DNA of 63,402 bases, counting the filler, from Choristocarpus tenellus KU-1152 (taxonomy: Eukaryota; Protista; Phaeophyceae), in the NCBI GenBank assembly GCA_964200185.2. It is 7 parts of 7 records of this genome, joined end to end, with 100 filler letters (N's around TTAATTAATTAA, not from the genome) between each part and the next. Parts side by side here need not be neighbours in the genome. Positions count along the whole stretch, not along the records: positions 36,027 to 41,458 come from CAXNAD020010793.1; positions 41,559 to 46,803 come from CAXNAD020011367.1; positions 46,904 to 60,604 come from CAXNAD020001402.1; 4 more parts are not named here. One strand, 5' to 3'. The notes beneath the pieces are model-generated. The model had not been told where the DNA came from, ran no database searches, and saw only the letters and a program-made list of their open reading frames with translations. Shown piece by piece: positions 37,583-49,930 of the stretch; the stretch's first letter is position 1, and each line of letters begins with the position of its first letter. Position numbers and translations under genes: made by a program.

Positions 37583-37827
37583 GAGTGAAAGTATCTTAGA
37601 GGGTACGAGTTTTCCCCTCTTTGTCCGTTTGGGGCTTGACTTCCCACCTTTTTTTTAATGACGTTTTTCGTACTCCGAAATATTTTGGGTAGGTAAAATG
37701 TATACGTTATGAAAAGGTGTGTCCGGAACAAGGATATTGACACTCCTAACAAACAATAGTCAAAATCGCAACATTGGATTTTGGTCCCCAAACGGAGGGG
37801 GCTCTACCCTCTAAGATAATTTGACTG
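37583..37827. mobile_element. MITE (~245 bp); second, gap-truncated copy at 41342-41458 and a terminus at 35910-35926
   Basis: TIRs GAGTGAAAGTATCTTAGAGGGTA...TACCCTCTAAGATAATTTGACTG, flanked by AGAA on both sides. The first ~115 bp recur at 41342. Confidence 0.8.
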
Positions 37828-38750
37828 AGAACCCTACCTTGTATGTTTAAGTCTAGAGAGATGACTTTTGTGGACCGCACCCTACTGTCTATGTGTTTTT
37901 TCGTTGAAGCATTTTTTTTTTGACAATACCCTCAGTGGATTCGAATACTTGATATGAGGGGAAAGATCTTTTATTGGGAGTACAATTTTAGTATTCTATC
38001 TTTGGTGTTTTTGCTCGAAGACAAATAAAATGAAGCTATTATATTGAACTCACGCTGAGGGGCAAACTTCGGCAATGGTTTTGTTTGGGTTGTTGACAAT
38101 CGACCATTTCCGGGTTGGTCATTGTCACGCCGAGAGGATTGTGTCAAAGAGGTGTGGACTACTACTACTACTACTACACACACACACACAGATGATGCCC
38201 ACATACCAATTCTCAGGGATTAAAATAGACTGTTAGAGAGCAACTGCTTCGGGTCACTTGGCACCGCCGGATACTACAGTTCTTTGTCTGATTGATGTGT
38301 TGTATTACTTGATTTCTGTACATCGACAGCAATTATTTGCACACATCATATCACAGGACTACCATCATGTGCCAAACATCAAGATCCACTGTTCCACCGG
38401 GATAGCTGTGCGATGATCTGCCCCAGTTGGAACAGTGGTTCAAAGCATTTGGCAAAATCAACATCTCTATTTTTGACATCATGTCTGACCGAGTGAATAC
38501 TATAAGCCATTGAACATGCTGGCAACACTCTGTAAAAAACATACATTTTCATTGTTTGTGGACCTGTTTTGAGTGCGTTAATCTCGAAGGCATTCCAGAC
38601 CTTAAAATGATGACATAATGGCTCAGTCTTTTTTTCCCGATAAGGTTTTTATACTAAATTGAAAGATAGACAAATGTTGCAGGGAAGGTCCACAACATAA
38701 TATATTTACTATGTACATAAGATGTATAATTGGACACACACGTGTACATC

Positions 38751-38822
38751 GGCTTTGTGGTATAATGGTTAGCATTCTCCCCTGTCACGGGTGAGATTCA
38801 GGTTCGATTCCCGGCGAGGTCG
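38751..38822 (+). tRNA. tRNA-Asp(GTC), degenerate, possibly a pseudogene
   Basis: Acceptor stem GGCTTTG/CGAGGTC with discriminator G, A-box TGGTATAATGG, anticodon loop CT-GTC-AC (GTC at 38784-38786), B-box GGTTCGATTCC, and a T-run about 17 nt downstream. There is a T-T mismatch in the anticodon stem, an A-C mismatch in the T stem and three G-U pairs in the acceptor stem. Confidence 0.8.
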
Positions 38823-40006
38823 TTTCTTGTGTGTAGTTGTTTTTTGTTCAGTGTGAAAACAATAGTAAAAGAAGAGGCAATATACATTACGTCAGCTTTT
38901 CCAAGTTGGGGGTGGGTGAAGGGTGAAGGGTGGAGGGTGAAGGGTGGTCACTATCTGGTTCCTGAAGAATTATTAATATAATATTATTGTACCACATTAG
39001 TCTGGAGGGACTATCCCGACATGTAGTCAGAGACACTACACACTGCACTGCTTCCCATACTGACTACATACTGTTGTTGCAATACAATTATAATCGTACA
39101 GCCTTCGTTCCTGCCTTGCTCCTCTCACATTGGGCTCACCACTCTCATCCCTTGCTGCTCCATTTCCTTCCTCCAATGTTCTGCTGGACCCACCCCAAAG
39201 TTTCCACTTTTATCGGACGTTTTGTGGTGTAGGAATGTAGACCACAGGATAGTACAGGCGTACAATCTGTTGAGGTTGCCACATGGAAGACCATAATCGA
39301 AAACGACGTCGAAGGGGGTCGAACCCCAGGTAGTTGCGGCCTTCCACGAAAACGCATTGTTGGACATTTCAATGTCACCAATTGTGAATTGTAGTATGAT
39401 TCTGAATTGTAGTATGATTCTGTGATGACGGGGTTTGGTTAGGTAAGGGTGGTGAAGAGAATCCTCAGGCAACATGGACTAGTCGGATCAACACGAACCG
39501 TAACCGAGAGGACGAAGTTAAGGTTTGGATAAAGTGCGAAAACTGCAGAGAACTGCAGAGAATTCCTGTTACAGGCGCCCTCCAGAACTCACCTCCGCAG
39601 GATGTACAACTCAAATCCAACGATCTTAAAACAACGCTATGGGGGCGTTGCCCTTGATAACAGTTTGTAGGGTGTCAGGTGTCCTTCTCTTCTTGATATT
39701 CCACTCAGTGCTTAGTTCAAAGCTCGACTCAAAGTTTCGTTCAAAATAAAAGATAAGACTGGTGCATAAGTGGGGTGATGGATTGACCAAAAGCCCTCTT
39801 ATTATTTTCATCATCCACCCAATCTCATTGGTCTTCTATCAACTACTCTATAGGTACTCCAATCATAAACCTTTATTCTGCAACTTCTTAGGGACTTTGA
39901 CATTTTCTTCTGTAATGTTAAATAGGTATTCCGAATCTTACTCTGTATCTTCTACCAAATCATCATTTATTCTGTAAGGCTACCTATGTGCTACTAATAT
40001 AGTATA

Positions 40007-40175
40007 TTGTTCACACTTGTTAGAACGCGAGAAACAATCCTCACACTTTACGTCTGTCACAAATGTTCGTATTTGCTAAAACATGAGGAGAAAATGCTCG
40101 CGCTAATCGTGTGTAACAAATGCTCCCACTTCTTGGAACACAAGAAGAAATGCTCGCGCTATTCGTCTGTAACAT
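40007..40175. repeat. ~57-bp degenerate tandem repeat x3
   Basis: Units end in ...CTC(A/G)C(A/G)CT...CGT(C/G)TGT(A/C)ACA at about 40060, 40118 and 40174. Confidence 0.65.
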
Positions 40176-40500
40176 GCCCCCCAGCGTGAACTAGCAATAC
40201 ATGTTTCACGCTTACCACAGGCGATTGTCACCGGTGAAGACAATAGATATCATCAATCACCTCAGATCATCCTTTAGCAAAAAAAGAGGGAGAGACAAAA
40301 AAGATACCGTACTCCTACTAGGTCCACAACACCTATGCATAACTTCCTTGGGAAAATCTGTCTGCATTTAGCCTAATCTAAGGATATATTAATCATCTTT
40401 AAAGTACAGCTTCCCTAGAGTGCCAAGTATCATCTGATTATTGCCTTCTCTTGCCCCCCAAGCACGAAGTATACCGACGGCTGCTAGTGCGTAAAACAAG
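40140..40500. repeat. Dispersed repeat family, copy 2
   Basis: Same blocks as 34598-35462. Confidence 0.75.
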
Positions 40501-40971
40501 TAATAACATCAACATCAGCGATTAAAAAAGAGAAAAAAAATGAAGAAAGAAGAAAACAAGGAATTAAGGGGATCAGTTACCTGTTCGGATAAAGAGGAGA
40601 GAAAAAAAAAAAAGTTAAGCAAGGGGTAGATAAAAAAATGGAAAAAATCCCAAAAGAAGAAAATCCAAAAATAAAACGAAAGAATAATATAAAATAAAAG
40701 GGGGAAAAAAAATCCATGGAATAAAGGGGGTCAGGCACCTGATGTACATAGAAATATATATATATTCAAAAACACAAAATGACAATAAAAAATAAATCAA
40801 AACATCTTACATAAATTGCTATCGGTTCTGATGTAGGTTAGTTCCTGGTTCCAACTTCTGCTATCCTATGTTCCATGCAGGGACTACCTGTTTCATGCCT
40901 GCCACAGGCAACAATCATTATCTGGATAGTAAATATCCATCACCTTAGATCATGCATAATTGCCCATTGGT

Positions 40972-41342
40972 AACATAGGGGCTTCAGTTCCGACTCTGCC
41001 AGTTTTTTCCAACATAGGGATTCCAGTTCCGACTCTGCCAGTTGTTTCCAACATAGATAGGGACTCCAGTTCCGACTCTGCCAGTTTTTTCCAACGTAGG
41101 GTCTCCAGTTCCGACTCTGCCAGTTGTTTCCAACATATGGACTCCGGTTCCAAATTAACCCATGGATTCCAACAATGATCAACAATCCCCTCGTTTCCTT
41201 TGAGAATGGACCCTCAAAAGTCGTAAGGAACAGCCAAGATCAACATATGTCTGACCAGATAAGAGTAAATTAACCCATGGATTCCAACAATGATCAAAAA
41301 TCCCCTCGTTTCCTTTGAGAACGGACCATAATAAGTCGTAAG
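40972..41342. repeat. 39-bp minisatellite (4.5 copies, 40972-41151) followed by a duplication with ~115-bp period (41152-41227 / 41267-41342)
   Basis: The unit AACATAGGGA(C/T)TCCAGTTCCGACTCTGCCAGTT(G/T)TTTCC is repeated head to tail. AAATTAACCCATGGATTCCAACAATGATCAA.AATCCCCTCGTTTCCTTTGAGAA then occurs twice. Confidence 0.9.
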
Positions 41343-41558
41343 AGTGAAAGTATCTTAGAGGGTACGAGTTTTGCCCTTTTTGTCCATTTGGGGCTTCGCT
41401 TCCCATGTTTTTTTTAATGACATTTTCCTACTCCGAAATGTTTCAGCGTAGGTAAGATNNNNNNNNNNNNNNNNNNNNNNNNNNNNNNNNNNNNNNNNNN
41501 NNTTAATTAATTAANNNNNNNNNNNNNNNNNNNNNNNNNNNNNNNNNNNNNNNNNNNN

Positions 41559-41643
41559 CGGATGGATAATGTAAATGCACGTTTACTGATTTCGGTCCAA
41601 ATGGACACCCTGGTGTAGACCCCCCCCCAGATACTTCGGGTCT
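41559..41643. mobile_element. MITE half at contig start
   Basis: Ends ...GGTCCAAATGGACACCCTGGTGTAGACCCCCCCCCAGATACTTCGGGTC, matching the reverse complement of 11941-12035. Confidence 0.7.
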
Positions 41644-42762
41644 TTGGCACACTCAAACGCACATACTTCGAGTGGTCACTTCACAAGGTTCGAGAGCAGT
41701 AGAGACCTACAACCACAAACACCAGACCTTACAACACGCTCTTGTCTATACAAAACCCAGCACCTGCCCCACAAGAGGCCAGAGACACGCGCACTTCCAA
41801 CAAACACACACCGTCTCAACTGCGTAAAGAACAAAACAGCACCGAAACTTGAAAGGCTTCAAGTCATCAAACGTAACCCTCTTAGCAGCGATCAAAACCA
41901 GGCGCAGAAATGCCCTACAGCAGTGGACCAATCAGCACGTAAGGCACAAACCAAGGCAGTATGAACGTGGACACCTCGGAAAATACACAACACTTGGAAC
42001 AATCTCCTCTACAATCTTACACTCCCCCACTGATGCTGCGCTTGCCAATGCTCGGTCTATATTTCCCCTGAAATCAACACACACTATTCAGGATACTAAC
42101 ACCCAGAGCTCATTTCGTCTACCGTCCACGTTTAAGGCACCACGATCAGTAGCGCACTGTGTGTTGTGGACAGGCCCTGGAGCCGCCTATCGAATACGCT
42201 CAAAAGACCCCAACGACAACTGATGCCCGCAAAAAAAAAGATAAAACAAACTGGCATAGTAGTCAGTACTCCATCACCATCCCCGCCCAGCGATGAAAAG
42301 CTTCGTTGAAAGGATTGCCTTGTGTAGTATGTACAGTACCCCTCTGACTACGGGGGACGGGACACATATACCCGACGACAGACCAAATCGCAAAATAAAT
42401 AAATAAATATATATATATATAAGATAAAAATAAAATGATCGCCTAACCTTTCCTGCACCTAGCGCGTGTCCAAAAAGGGTGACATCACAGTGTGCCCTTG
42501 CACGCAGTGGATGATTTATGCAAAAGCACTACGCCGCCATAGATCGCCACAACTCACCACTGTGTGCTTGTTACAATAAAAAAAACCCATCATAATTATT
42601 TCAATAACAAGCAGAGCTGTATCCCCCCCCCCCCCCCACCCCCCCTGTTGACACTCAAGAGGGTCTGTCCGTGCGTAATCAGAAGCACCTCACGACATCC
42701 ACAAGAGGCAACAACACTTCGCAGTAAATTTTTTCAAAACACCACACCACACCACACCTGAC

Positions 42763-44194
42763 CTGATTGTTCGCCACGACTGCCCTGAGATGTGGCATCT
42801 CTTCCTCCAGGTAAGCCTTGGAACCTTGTAGATCCTTAACCTTGTCCTTCATGGACGCCACCAAAGTTACCCTCTCCCTCATGGTGGCGTCTATTCCCTC
42901 CAGTGACGCCTCTTGCTGCTCCAGCTGCTGCGTCGCGGCTGACAGCCCCGAGCGCTTCAGCACCACTTGCTCTCTCTTCACCTGCGACTGTGCCTCCTTC
43001 GACGCACGGATGGCCGCCTGCCAAATATCCAGGAAACCAAACCAAACCAAACCAAACAATGGAGTGGAAATTAGCACGGGCAAACAAGTTCGGGACCATG
43101 ACATGTCCCCAGAGAGAGGAAGGGATATCATGGAAAAATACCAAAACAAGCACATAGGAGCACGTATCTACACTCAAAATTCTGAACGAGTGCATATACA
43201 AAAGTACGTTTCCGAGTAAGATAGAATCAATGTACACAAGAAGTAGAACAGAATAGTTACCACCGTACACGAAGCAGCGAATATTTGTAACTGTTGTCAT
43301 AACCCCTCCCCCCCCCCCCCCCCCTCCTCTCTTCCCACATCCACGACCGATCTACTCGAGGAGATCAAAAACAGGTACACAATTTCTCCCGACGGAGAGA
43401 GGTTCTACCCCCTCTAAACCATTTAAAACAAACAAAAACAAACAAACGCGCAGATTGAAGTCGTGCGATTCAGAGCACGACAACGGTCACACCCAGTTAG
43501 GGATAGATAGAGTCAGCCAGGTAGAGACACAAATTCTATCAGTGTGCCCGTATAATCACACCTCTAGAAAGCATACACAAAGACCTTAAATTAAATGGGG
43601 CTCCACCCCCCCTCCCCCCTCCCCCCAAAAGCAATCATTGTTGTTATTATAATCATAAGTATAATCGTAATTATAATCACACGTGACTACTTTCGATCTC
43701 CTCAAACGCACGGTCCGAGCCGGTAGTGAATTTAAAAAAAGCGAGAAACGAAAGGACTTACAGCAAAAAACAAAACATACACAAATAAAAAAAACGTCCA
43801 CCGCACCGTCTCTCAGAACACACGTTGTCCGGCAAACAAAAAAGGAGTCATTCGCTCTTAAACGCCTCTTGTCTTGGATGATACCTTGGATGGCGTCTCA
43901 GGTACTCTCCTTTCAGTAAACACTTGTTATACAGGATAATTAAATGCTCGATACCATTTGGTCTGCAAGGCACATGCATTTTCTAGTTGGAGGCTAGTAG
44001 GCTGTTCTATATACTTGGTCCACAAAATCTCTCTCTCTCTCTCTCTCTTATCGGGAAGACACTTCATCGTGTCTCAAACACAAAAGCATTACGCTGTGTT
44101 ATGCAAGTGTTACGGCATCTCGGGCGTGCAACATAATGGTAGATTACACAATATATATATATATATGCACAGCAATGTTATACAATATGTGTTC

Positions 44195-44225
<31 letters not shown>

Positions 44226-44821
44226 ATAGCAGGTAAAGTTGGCTGTTGAGTGATGAGGCTGGGGCAAGGTGAATCACTGAAACCCAGAACATCGAGTCCG
44301 GGAATAAATAAATAAATAAATATATATATACTGCACCAGGAAGGCGTTTCCTGTGGACTTGCAGCTGACGCCATAGAACAGGCGAGACTATGTTGGATCT
44401 TCCTGAGAGATTTTAGGGTATAACCTCATAGTGGGATTCTGGAAGACCCCAAAGACAAAATGGTTACGACCTTACCCCCGGAAGCCGTTTGAACTCATGC
44501 TGAACAGAGCCATATGCTTTCAAGAAGTCTCCCAAAAACAAAGACACACCAAATTCATAATATAACAAAATTGAATGGGGGTGGGGTGGGGGGGGGGGGA
44601 GGGCGAAGGGAACAGAAGAGAGCCTAGATTTTCTCAGTTAAGGAGAAAAACAGACTAGATCTGTCGCTCTTCCCTACACAACACAACACAACACAACACA
44701 ACACACAACGAAGCTAGACATGACTGTACCACCCACCCCACCCACCTGCTGGTCACACTTGGCCCTCAGGATTTGCAGTCTCAGTAATCCTGGCTTGAGC
44801 TGAGCCTCAAAGCTCTCCTCC
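42763..44821 (-). CDS. Two internal exons (44821-44746, 43017-42763) of a coiled-coil protein (kinetochore Spc25-like is a guess only)
   Basis: TAG|G...CAG|GTGGGT and CAG|GCG...CAG|GTCAGG join in phase 0 to give EESFEAQLKPGLLRLQILRAKCDQQ|AAIRASKEAQSQVKREQ...LEEEMPHLRAVVANNQ, with heptad periodicity and GC-rich codon usage. Confidence 0.65.
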
Positions 44822-45521
44822 CTAGGTATATTCAACAAAGGGAGTTCAATCAGGTGGTGAAAGTGGGCTGACTAGACAGCAAGGCGGTGGTGCCGACTGG
44901 GAGGAAGAGGAGGGGAGGTCTTCAAACGAGGTACATGGAGCACATGCTGCACACGCCTTCTTGTGAATGCAATTGGGGGCAAGGAAGAGATTGCCTGCTT
45001 ATGTGCACAGAATACAGGGGGTTAGATACCAAAGGGAGTACACAATTAGGAGCATCTCAAGCAAAACTCTTGGTATATATATATATATTTTTTTTCTCTT
45101 ACAAAAAAGTAATGCCCAGAACAATCCTACAAAATAATTACATTTATAATTATAGTCGTATTTATATTTTTCCTTTCATTTCTAAACGGTAACTAGCGTG
45201 TGCATACGATCTGATATGATGTGACACACACACACACGCACAAACGCCTACAATGGACATCAAAAACCAGCGTGCTCAACACCACAAAGCTAATAGGTGC
45301 CCCCCACCACATGTTTTACATACAAACCAAACCAATGGTTACAAAATGTAAAAAAAAATATATATATATAATATAGCAAAAAAAAACAAACGTGGCAGTT
45401 ACGTTATATTACAACTACGTTATAAAGCAGCAGTAGCGACACTTCCGTAACACAAAGTACAAAAAAAAAAGTTCCACGCTTACAGAAAGGCAATGAACGC
45501 GACTCTATCAGCCCAGGCACC

Positions 45522-45547
45522 AACCCTAACCCTAACCCTAACCCTAA
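45522..45547. repeat. Interstitial telomere-like (AACCCT)4 tract
   Basis: Seen directly. Shorter or degenerate tracts occur at ~31187-31202, ~14263-14290 and ~4010-4045. Confidence 0.85.
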
Positions 45548-46553
45548 GTAGCATCTCAATAGCACTCAACAAAATTGAAGGCCGGGGAGAACTGCCCAGC
45601 ATAATTAATCCGTGGGTCGGTCATCTTCCCTATCAATCACACGGTCTCCCCGAGCAGTCATCTCAATCTTCTTCACATTTCCCATCGGGTCAGGTTACGG
45701 ATCACTCTGTCCCTACAGCTCTATCCTCTCCTCCTACTGCACCAGGCAGGGAAATTCTCCCCAGCTAGAGAGAGAGAGAGAGCATTCAATCTCACGGCCT
45801 CGATAAAAGCACACCAACCACCCTAAAAAGGAAGAGGAAAACAAAGAAAACTGACGAAGAAGGCAAGAAGACAACAAACAAAACCCTCAAGGAAAACCAG
45901 ATCCAGTCACCGTAGTTGCTGCTTTGGTGTGACTGCATCAACTATCACAGCTTCCATGGAATGGCATTCAGGTATGAGCATCGTTGTGCAATCCTCCTCC
46001 AACTATACTACCAGGCTGGGAAAGCCTCCACAACCAGAGAGAGAGTGTTCAATCTCGCTGCCTCCGATCTTGTCAAGGATCTTTGAGATACGGATAACAC
46101 TGTTTCACCGATACCACTGTTTCACCGGGGCAGGGGCAGGCAGTCACGAGACTATCGGAAACAGTGTGTATCCTCATCTCAAATACTTCACACAAAGCAC
46201 AGAGAGGCTTCACCACGGAAGGGGGGCGGCACTCGATGATACAACCCGGTGCGATTTTTCAAGAACAAGAACCCAACAACACAACTCGGCACATGCTATG
46301 TACAGGCAGCGATGAAAAAAGATCACATAATCCCACCAACTCCTAATCTTTCAACTGGCAGAAATCCAGGATTCCCCCGACTCAGTGAGCAACCGCCCTC
46401 GACCCCCCACAGACAGACAGCCTCCAACCCTTTCCTTGACCATGACCAACCAATTAAAACAAGTGGTATTATGGACGTTAGAGAGGTAGAGTTGTTAACT
46501 GGCACAGATTACAATCAGCCGAATCTAAAAAATGGCAATAAACTGATCACCAA

Positions 46554-46584
<31 letters not shown>

Positions 46585-46903
46585 TTCAGATCAATTACTA
46601 CTATCGCCACACATCATCCACACTCAAAAACACCTCAGAAAGTTCTCTTCATATTTATAATATTTTTAATATCACACACGATTACAAGCGTGTAAACAAA
46701 AAAAAAGCAACACAATCACCTCCAAATTCATGTGGCAATTGGTGGAAGAAATTTCTATCTCACCCTGTGCACCAGGCTCTTACTCTTAAATGGTTTAAGC
46801 AGTNNNNNNNNNNNNNNNNNNNNNNNNNNNNNNNNNNNNNNNNNNNNTTAATTAATTAANNNNNNNNNNNNNNNNNNNNNNNNNNNNNNNNNNNNNNNNN
46901 NNN

Positions 46904-47950
46904 GACTGAGGTTGGGACCAGACAGGACAAGGAACCAGGCAGGGGCGGGCGAGGAAGTGAGGGAGGGGGCGAGGTCTCGCCGAGAACGAGATTGCGGTCC
47001 CATGGCAAGCAACGCAAGGGATCACAGACAGGGGGGATTGTTGGAAGTAGTCCCGTTGGGGAGGGGAGAGTTGGAGAGGTTCAGTCTTGCCTGCAAAGGC
47101 ACCTGAGGGTGTACCCAGAGGATATTCGTGCAGTGTTTGCCCTGGTGGCCGTCAGCGCTCAGGCCGGCAGAGATTTTGGTCTGGCATTGCGTGCTCGTCG
47201 GGAGGCTAAGGTACTCAAGAGTGAGAGTGGGGCCCGTTTGTGGGCAAGGCTGTGTAGGCACGCTGCCTCTTCAGCTGTATTTGGTTGACCGGCCCGCCAT
47301 GTGATGGAAGAGGTGGGGATGCCCAGGGAGGACTGATTTCCGGATTTTTAGTTTTTCCCTTTAGGTTGGCGGTAGTTCTTGAATCCTTACAGGGTGGTCC
47401 CGAGATCAATACGTGTCAAATAGGCGTTCTTGAGTGTGCAGTGAAGTTCTTACTTGATCACCGGAAACTTCTTTTTCGCAAGGTAATGTGGTTGAATGTA
47501 GTGGTATGACTTGATAGGAAGAGAGTCACGTCAGTAGCACTCGATACCTCCTTGATCGTGATTTATCCCCTACAGGGGCTCCCTAGTCTGTTCCCCAACA
47601 TATGTCTGATTTTGAGAACTCCATTAAAGAGGTCTGGTTTGGAACTTCCTTGTCGCTGTTGTGTGGATTGTGTTTCTGTTCATCCCATTTGTGGGATGTC
47701 AGTGAGTCAAGATTTAGCTAGAGGGCACAACAAGAGCAGTGTTTTTGGTTGGGGCACAGGGGAGAAAGGCAGTGTACAGAAATATAGGTTTGTCAATTCA
47801 AGAAAGTAGTGGTTGATCAATACAGTAGTTGAGGTCGCAAATATCCAGACATATTTTACTCTCCAAGTTTGTTGTCACACTTCTTGTTTGTTCATCCAGT
47901 GGCAAGGAGGAGATTGATCTTGGATTCAACCAGGCTCCTCCTATGTACTG
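46904..47950 (-). mobile_element. Possible LINE 3' end relic (C-terminal zinc-knuckle region)
   Basis: Minus-strand QGKHCTNILWVHPQVPLQARLNL resembles the C..C....E...H.LW.CP.....R motif. Otherwise very degenerate. Confidence 0.3.
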
Positions 47951-48001
47951 ATTGCATGCTTTGCATGAGTAATTAGCTGCTCAAGTACATACATACATAC
48001 A

Positions 48002-48032
<31 letters not shown>

Positions 48033-49930
48033 GAAGAGAGAGAGAGAGAGAGATCTGAAGAGGGGTGAAATAGACCAGGGTAGAGTTGAAGCAGCCTGTC
48101 TTGACTTCTCTTGTGTGTGAAGATACTCTTTAGTGAAGGGTATGAGCACTAAATTTTCATTGTTGGTGTGAGGTGGTCTAGAATGTGTGCATCCTTTGCT
48201 GGTCCTTCAAGTGCCAAATGCAATCTCCATTGAGCTGACCCGTATCTGGGCTACCATAAGCATGTCCAAGTATATATATATATATATCATACTGTTGAAA
48301 AATATAGTCTTGGTCCAACCAACAGATACCTTTTTGACATCACCAGTCAAGTGGGAACAGTGTCTGTTCCACCACGTTGCATATTTGATTTTTCCAGTTC
48401 CAAATCAAACTGGGACTATACCAGGCAGTGCTATCAGTGCCCTATGGAAACCCACCCCACCCTCGACATGCTGATGACAACGCCACCATGTTCCAATCCA
48501 TCGGGGAAACTCTTGTACTCAAGGAGAACAGATGTGAAGAGTACAACTCCTCAAGAGCCTCTCTGATTCCCTATGTAGAAACCAATATCCACAAATTTTG
48601 GTGATTTGTGGATTCCAAGCGTGAGCTCTGGAGTTTATGGCCCATTCCAAACCACACACACACACTCTCTCTCTCTCTCTCTAAGACTATTAAGATGCTT
48701 CCATGTATATAATATTTATCCCGCAAAGAAAATATTTTGCAGATGATGTTGTTGTGGAGAGGAAAAAACTGTCCTCCATACTACGTAGTGTGAAAACCTA
48801 TTCATGAGCATTGGTAGTGTTGGAGACACGTGGACCAGAATATTGTTACATGCAGTGTGATCTCATCTGGAGTGTATATACCGTAAGCTCAGACCAACAT
48901 TATGTCTTCTTGGGAGAATTTGGGACGATAGTGCCCCCTGAAATACTCCCTTTTCTCAAAATCCAATTACAAGACAGTGTGTGAAGTTCTCTTGTCATGG
49001 CTGTCAACGATGCCTTGATTATACCTCATGGTTACAAAAAATTCAAAGTATGCTCCCCAAAAAAGGTAACGAAAACATGACCAGACTGGACCATACTTGA
49101 AACAAGTATATCATCAACAGTGTAATTGTTAGACCTGCACACGGCGATGCATATGCATTGGCTCTAGGGCATCTGTATCGTGTCGTGTCTTTAGTCCACT
49201 TGTTTTTTAGTAGTGCAGATCATCAAGGAATTAAAGAATTATTAAATATACTCAAATGCATACACAAGAGCGAAGACCTGACTTGGAGTAGTTCGTTCCT
49301 GCTTGTACCAATTCGTGCAACATTTAAGAGTATGTCTACTAACACTGTTTTCAGTGACCTCAAACCTGAACTGTATATGTATCACACCTACCGTACTGTA
49401 GGCAACTTGCCTTGTGTCACTGGCTGAGACAAGTGTAAGGTAGATAGTCCTTACCCCCTGGTCGCTGATTTGTTGTCTATCACTCTCCTTTTGAAAGAAG
49501 GAGATTCATAGTGTGTTGCCTCTTGGCTACTTGAGACATTGGGCTTCACTCAAGCAGTTTTCGTTTTCCTATTGTGCATGGTGTATAGATCCATCATGCA
49601 GATACACTCCTGTCTGACCCACCTGTCAAGAACGAAAAGAAGCATAAATCCACCCTCAAATGAACACAGGAACAGCTCTATTTTAAAATGGAATCATATT
49701 AAACTGGATCACCATCTTATGTACAGTATGGTGTACTCCAAGTTTTGTCTTCTCAATTCTATTGTTGTGCACTATTTCCACTCTCTGGTAAGATCTTCAC
49801 AATGGTCCACCCTGGGCCCCACAATGCCAAAAAACAACGAGACTCAAATGTAAAACTATACTTGGCTATTGCCCTCTCTTCCCTTGCGCCTATGCAATAC
49901 ACATCATGGGCTACCCCCATCATCTGCACT

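Noticed and set aside
34628-40260. TGTAACA... direct repeats at 34628 and 40168 as the two LTRs of one retroelement
   Set aside because: Similarity extends upstream of the TG, the copies lie on different contigs, and no PBS, PPT or TSD was seen.
40972-41151. CRISPR-like array of ~39-bp repeats
   Set aside because: The units are head to tail with no unique spacers, there are no cas genes, and the context is eukaryotic. It is a minisatellite.
45522-45547. Chromosome end
   Set aside because: Only four units, internal to a contig. Short interstitial TTAGGG tracts recur in the window.
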